DNA from: a virus
Strand: one strand, 5' to 3'
Length of the DNA stretch: 64,000 nucleotides
IMG/VR virus record: IMGVR_UViG_3300028571_000009
Shown here: one piece after another, positions 59,717-64,000 of the stretch
Numbering within the stretch: the first letter of the stretch is position 1
Layout of the letters: each line of letters opens with the position of its first letter
Position numbers and translations under genes: made by a program
Notes under the pieces: generated by a model
Told to the model about the DNA's origin: nothing
The model's database searches: none
What the model saw: the letters and a program-made list of their open reading frames with translations, nothing else

Positions 59717-61051
59717 ATGGAAAATAAAGACAAACAACTATTAGTGATGGTTTCTCCCATTGCAGCTGTCTCAGGATACGGTTCACGTTCTAGAGATTTA
59801 GCCCGCGCGATTCTGGCACTGGATAAATATAATGTACAATTTATAAGCACCCGATGGGGTGGTACACCACTCAATGCATTGGTATCAGGTCAGGATGATG
59901 ATATCATATCTAGATTAGTGGCTAATGTAACTACACAGCCGGATATTTTTATTCAGGTATCAGTACCTAATGAATTCCAGGCAATTGGTAAATTTAATAT
60001 CGGTGTAACAGCTGGTATCGAAACCACAATGTGCGCAGCCCCTTGGCTAGAAGGTCTGAATAAAATGGACCTGAATATAGTTCCGAGTCAACACTCGAAG
60101 CATGTATTCGAGATTAGTAAGTATGATAAAGTGAATAATAACACCAAACAAAAGGAAGGTGAATTAGCTCTTATCAAACCCATTGAAGTTCTATTCGAGG
60201 GTGTGAATCTCAATGTATACAAAAAGACTGATGAGCTTAATAAGAGTATCTTAGAGCAAATGTCAGCCGTTAAGGAGCAGTTTGCATTTCTCTTCACGGG
60301 GCATTATATGGTAGGTGATATGGGTGAAGATAGAAAGAATGTCGGTATGATGATTAAGTGCTTTTTAGAGGCATTTAAGAATGTAACCGTAGCCCCGGCA
60401 TTAGTATTAAAAGTTAGCGGCGGAACATTCTCTCATATTGATAGATTAGAATTACTACGTAAGATTAACATGATTAAGAAATCTGTCAAAGCTACGCGAC
60501 TTCCGAATGTGTATCTATTACATGGTGATTTAACTGAGTCAGAAATGAACTCATTAAACATGCATCCGAAGATTAAAGCCCATGTCACATTAACTAAGGG
60601 TGAAGGTTATGGTAGGCCGTTAGCAGAGTTTGCTATGACAGGAAAACCAATTGTAGCGACTAATTGGTCAGGACATATTGATTTCCTGAATAAGGATTAT
60701 GTTACATTGATTCCAGGTAAGTTAACGCCTGTACATAAGAGTGCGCAATGGGATAATGTTATCATCAAAGATTCGCAGTGGTTTACAGCTGACTATGGAG
60801 TATTTGTTGCGACTCTCCGGGACATGTATAAGAATTATGACAGCTACTTAGAAAAGTCTAGAAAAATGACCAAGTATATGAAGGATAACTTCTCTTGGGA
60901 CATCATGAAAGATAAACTAGGTGAAATTCTCGGTAAGATTCCGGCGTTTCCTAAAGCAGCTCAACAAATACAATTACCACAATTGAAACGTGTCGGTGAT
61001 ATTCCGAAGATTAATTTACCAAAACTTAAAAAAGTAGAAAGTGCGGCTTAG
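59717..61051 (+). CDS. GT-B glycosyltransferase
   Basis: SGYG, GEDRKN, KGEGYGRPLAEF, TNWSGH. Confidence 0.85.
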   Translation: MENKDKQLLVMVSPIAAVSGYGSRSRDLARAILALDKYNVQFISTRWGGTPLNALVSGQDDDIISRLVANVTTQPDIFIQVSVPNEFQAIGKFNIGVTAGIETTMCAAPWLEGLNKMDLNIVPSQHSKHVFEISKYDKVNNNTKQKEGELALIKPIEVLFEGVNLNVYKKTDELNKSILEQMSAVKEQFAFLFTGHYMVGDMGEDRKNVGMMIKCFLEAFKNVTVAPALVLKVSGGTFSHIDRLELLRKINMIKKSVKATRLPNVYLLHGDLTESEMNSLNMHPKIKAHVTLTKGEGYGRPLAEFAMTGKPIVATNWSGHIDFLNKDYVTLIPGKLTPVHKSAQWDNVIIKDSQWFTADYGVFVATLRDMYKNYDSYLEKSRKMTKYMKDNFSWDIMKDKLGEILGKIPAFPKAAQQIQLPQLKRVGDIPKINLPKLKKVESAA

Positions 61052-61559
61052 TTACTCTATACTAACTCACAATGAGGGTGAGTCAATTGAAACTCTATTG
61101 AGTTTCTTAGTGGAGTTTAAAGATTCTGAGGATGAAATTGTCGTTGTAGATGATTACTCAGATGATGAATTAACTTTACAAATACTTAAGGATTATCAAA
61201 GTAATAAACACATTAAGTTATTTCATCGCGCACTTAATAAAGATTTCGCTTCGCAAAAGAACTTCTTAATGAGCAAATGCACGGGCGACTATATTTTTAA
61301 TATAGATGCAGATGAGCAAGTATCGCCAGAATTTATCATTAACTTAAAAGATATTTTAGAACTAAATCCTGATATTGAGCTATACGCAGTGCCACGAATA
61401 AATATTGTTACTGGTATAAATGACGGACATATTAAAAAATGGGGATGGCATGTAACTTCTAATGAACGGTATATACAAACGGTAGAATTTGATTTAGATA
61501 ATCCAATTGATTTAGCTCAATTTAACATGTTAACGAGTAATAATTTAATAATTAATTAA
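61041..61559 (+). CDS. GT2 glycosyltransferase, N-terminal part
   Basis: ILTHNE, VVVDD, DFASQKN, IDADE, VPRIN. Confidence 0.85.
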   Translation: MRLSYSILTHNEGESIETLLSFLVEFKDSEDEIVVVDDYSDDELTLQILKDYQSNKHIKLFHRALNKDFASQKNFLMSKCTGDYIFNIDADEQVSPEFIINLKDILELNPDIELYAVPRINIVTGINDGHIKKWGWHVTSNERYIQTVEFDLDNPIDLAQFNMLTSNNLIIN

Positions 61560-61610
61560 TAGCAACGGTCAGAGTCTATATTGAATTTATATTTCTATAT
61601 TTATACATGT

Positions 61611-62270
61611 ATGGAGATTGTATATTCTAGAAAATGCCCTAAATGTGATTCAACTATTTCGTATAAGGGCGGAAAACATGGCAAGTATGCATGCAGAAAT
61701 GCAGCCGCGGCAGGTAAATTATGTAAAAAATGCATGATGCTCGGGAAGTCTCATAAAGAACGATGGGGCACGCAATATGATGTAATAACAGCTAAACGAA
61801 ATATAAGTTTACAAAATACCCCACATTGGTGGCAAGATAAAATAGTAGATGCCCGACATAAAAACGGAACATATGTTATTAGCGAACGACATAAAGATAT
61901 CTTAAGAATTGTATCAAAATTTTGTAGCAGGGGAGCAGAACATATTCATATTAAGAAAATTCTTATTGAACAAAATATTACATGGGATGAATATAAATCA
62001 GCGTCGTCCGAATATATGAATTATTGTAGAGATGTTGCATATTGGACAAATAGGAGCGGATATACATTATTAGAACATCATGATAAACGTGGTAAAGCGG
62101 GAACATTGGGAGCATATCAACTAGACCATATTATAGAGAAGTCTGTGGGGTTTATCAATAATATTCCCGCGGAAGTAATTGGCCATATATCAAATCTTCA
62201 GTACATACCATGGGAAGAAAATCTAAAAAAACGAAGATACCCCGGAGGTATGAAAAATAAGAAACTATGA
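61611..62270 (+). CDS. HNH-type homing endonuclease
   Basis: YQLDHII...ISNLQYIPWEEN; ATG 61611 preferred to track start 61581. Confidence 0.75.
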   Translation: MEIVYSRKCPKCDSTISYKGGKHGKYACRNAAAAGKLCKKCMMLGKSHKERWGTQYDVITAKRNISLQNTPHWWQDKIVDARHKNGTYVISERHKDILRIVSKFCSRGAEHIHIKKILIEQNITWDEYKSASSEYMNYCRDVAYWTNRSGYTLLEHHDKRGKAGTLGAYQLDHIIEKSVGFINNIPAEVIGHISNLQYIPWEENLKKRRYPGGMKNKKL

Positions 62271-62494
62271 GAAAAACTGTAACCTTTTACACGCCAATTA
62301 TTAACTTTCCGGACTATCAATATCGTTTAATGAAACGATTACCGGATATTAAATGGGCCGGGCATGTACATGAAAGGCCGAGTAGTAATTCTAGAAAACT
62401 CAGTGTCGGTGTGATACCAGATGAATTTGCATTAGAACATCATAAATCTATCTCGAGGCAAGAACAACAAAATAATTTTTACGATAGTATATGA
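62267..62494 (+). CDS. GT2 glycosyltransferase, C-terminal part
   Basis: NFPDYQYRL, W.GHVHE, LEHHK, RQEQQNNFY. Confidence 0.75.
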   Translation: MRKTVTFYTPIINFPDYQYRLMKRLPDIKWAGHVHERPSSNSRKLSVGVIPDEFALEHHKSISRQEQQNNFYDSI

Positions 62495-63171
62495 AACCGG
62501 AAGAACAACAAATTCGAGAATATAACCTTTACATGACAGCATTTAAAGGGTTTGATATAAATCGTATAGATATTATAAATCATCTTATAACTAAGTTTGG
62601 TTATACTGACTACTTAGAAATAGGTGTTCACGGTGGTCACTGTATTCGTAACATTTACGCGTTACGAAAGGATGGTGTCGACCCTGGGGCAGAAACTAGA
62701 ATACCGCCAGAAGTTAATTATCCAATGACATCCGACGCCTTCTTCGAACAAATATCTGCTGATAAAAAGTATGATATCATCTTTATCGATGGATTACATC
62801 ATGATACTCAGGTGTATAAAGATATTAAGAATGCAATGCTACACCTTAACGAAGGCGGAACAATTGTATGTCATGATATGAGCCCGAACTGGGAGATTAA
62901 TCAACGTAAGAGACCTGTTCCGGGCGTTGGGGCATGGAATGGCGATTGTTGGAAAGCATGGGTGAAACTTAGAACTGAATTAACTGACTGGTCTATGGAA
63001 GTGGTTAATACTGACCACGGGGTTGGTATCATTAGAGCTGGTCACAATAAACCGCTACCATTTTATGGTGATGCGTTTAATCTAGATTTTGATTATTTAG
63101 ATGATAACCGAAAGGAGGCATTAAATCTAATATCAGTAGAAGACTTCTTCAACAAATACAGCAATGATTAA
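62491..63171 (+). CDS. class I SAM-dependent methyltransferase
   Basis: YLEIGV, GVDP, DIIFIDGLH, GGTIVCHD. Confidence 0.85.
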   Translation: MKPEEQQIREYNLYMTAFKGFDINRIDIINHLITKFGYTDYLEIGVHGGHCIRNIYALRKDGVDPGAETRIPPEVNYPMTSDAFFEQISADKKYDIIFIDGLHHDTQVYKDIKNAMLHLNEGGTIVCHDMSPNWEINQRKRPVPGVGAWNGDCWKAWVKLRTELTDWSMEVVNTDHGVGIIRAGHNKPLPFYGDAFNLDFDYLDDNRKEALNLISVEDFFNKYSND

Positions 63172-64000
63172 AATTAAGCTTTATGAGTTAGATAAGCATC
63201 GGAACGAATGTACGTTCCGGCCTTACTTATACGCCGCAGAGTCCTTACGGGAAGTTGGTATTGAATTCACAGAAGGGGATTCATATGATTATGCATGGGT
63301 CGCTCAAGCGTCTTTCATGAATAAGAAAGTATCATTAGAACAATCAGTAGATGATGGTTTAGAATTTCTATCCAAAATTACTGGCGATTATATGTTAATC
63401 GATGGACAGGATTCAACATCGTTAATGGGTTCATATGAAGTATTTACCCAATCTGATGCATTACTACTGTTGAAAAATAGTTTACTTAGGGACCGGACAC
63501 TTTATAAGACCGGATGGAACCTAGGAAGAAATTATTGGGGCATAGGCGATTACAAATTACCAGACTTCGATAAATATTCAGACCAAATAGTGCTGTCAGG
63601 TACTAACTGGTTACTTACACATTGGGCTGGTACTAATGGAACGCCGTGGTCTGAGATTAAACGTCATAGACCGTATGATGTTTCTGCTATGTTTCAATAT
63701 CCTAGTTTATCTGAGTCATATGAGCACGGTCAACTACAGAATGTATTCTATGATAACTTTAGAAAGCCTAGCATTGATATCATAAATCAATTACCGTATA
63801 AAGTAGCTAAACTCGAAGCGGGTGTTAGAGTTTCACAACAGGAATATTACAATAGAATGTATAATTCAAAAATAATATTTGCTCCGTATGGGTATGGTGA
63901 AATGGCTCCACGTGATTTGGAAGCAGCTTATTTCGGAGCAGTACTGATTAAGCCTGATATGAGTCATATTCAGACATTACCAGATATATTTACCGATGAA
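63164..64000 (+). CDS. glycosyltransferase-like protein (runs off window end)
   Basis: open frame from ATG 63164; EYYNRMYNSKIIFAPYGYGE..PRD.EA. Confidence 0.75.
   Translation, partial: MIKIKLYELDKHRNECTFRPYLYAAESLREVGIEFTEGDSYDYAWVAQASFMNKKVSLEQSVDDGLEFLSKITGDYMLIDGQDSTSLMGSYEVFTQSDALLLLKNSLLRDRTLYKTGWNLGRNYWGIGDYKLPDFDKYSDQIVLSGTNWLLTHWAGTNGTPWSEIKRHRPYDVSAMFQYPSLSESYEHGQLQNVFYDNFRKPSIDIINQLPYKVAKLEAGVRVSQQEYYNRMYNSKIIFAPYGYGEMAPRDLEAAYFGAVLIKPDMSHIQTLPDIFTDE

Noticed and set aside
995-60297. All minus-strand ORFs and short nested alternative-frame ORFs in the track
   Set aside because: They are shadows of longer motif-bearing + strand genes and have no recognisable motifs.
1-64000. tRNA or rRNA genes
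   Set aside because: No cloverleaf or T-loop context found, and intergenic gaps are short.

Overview
64-kb segment of a large AT-rich myovirus (T4-like/jumbo phage). The host is probably Bacteroidota: leaders are AT-rich without Shine-Dalgarno sequences, and TTGG-N19-TATATT promoters recur. All real genes lie on the + strand. Layout: tail/baseplate module with probable capsid-internal proteins (1-13.4 kb); replication/recombination genes (short PolA-like, gp32-like SSB, RecA/UvsX, 5'-3' exonuclease, DnaB-like helicase, NrdJ, thioredoxin, dUTPase); a dispersed 7-deazaguanine DNA-modification set (queD, queE, dpdA, folE, DpdL-like T-fold protein) interleaved with two oxidoreductases and glycosyltransferases; PolB, clamp, clamp loader, RuvC-like, thyA, dNMP kinase; and a glycosyltransferase/methyltransferase cluster running off the right end. 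Eight free-standing homing-endonuclease-type genes are present. Most notable: (1) a covarying pseudoknot RNA element upstream of three HNH genes; (2) a CUU-UAG-CUC stop-hop candidate behind a 13-bp hairpin in the 5'-3' exonuclease gene; (3) two atypically split inteins (RecA, helicase); (4) a +1 frameshift candidate in the tail chaperone; (5) a GT2 gene split without an intein; (6) orphan 5' gene stubs left by endonuclease insertions. Protein calls rest on motif recognition only; no database searches were run.
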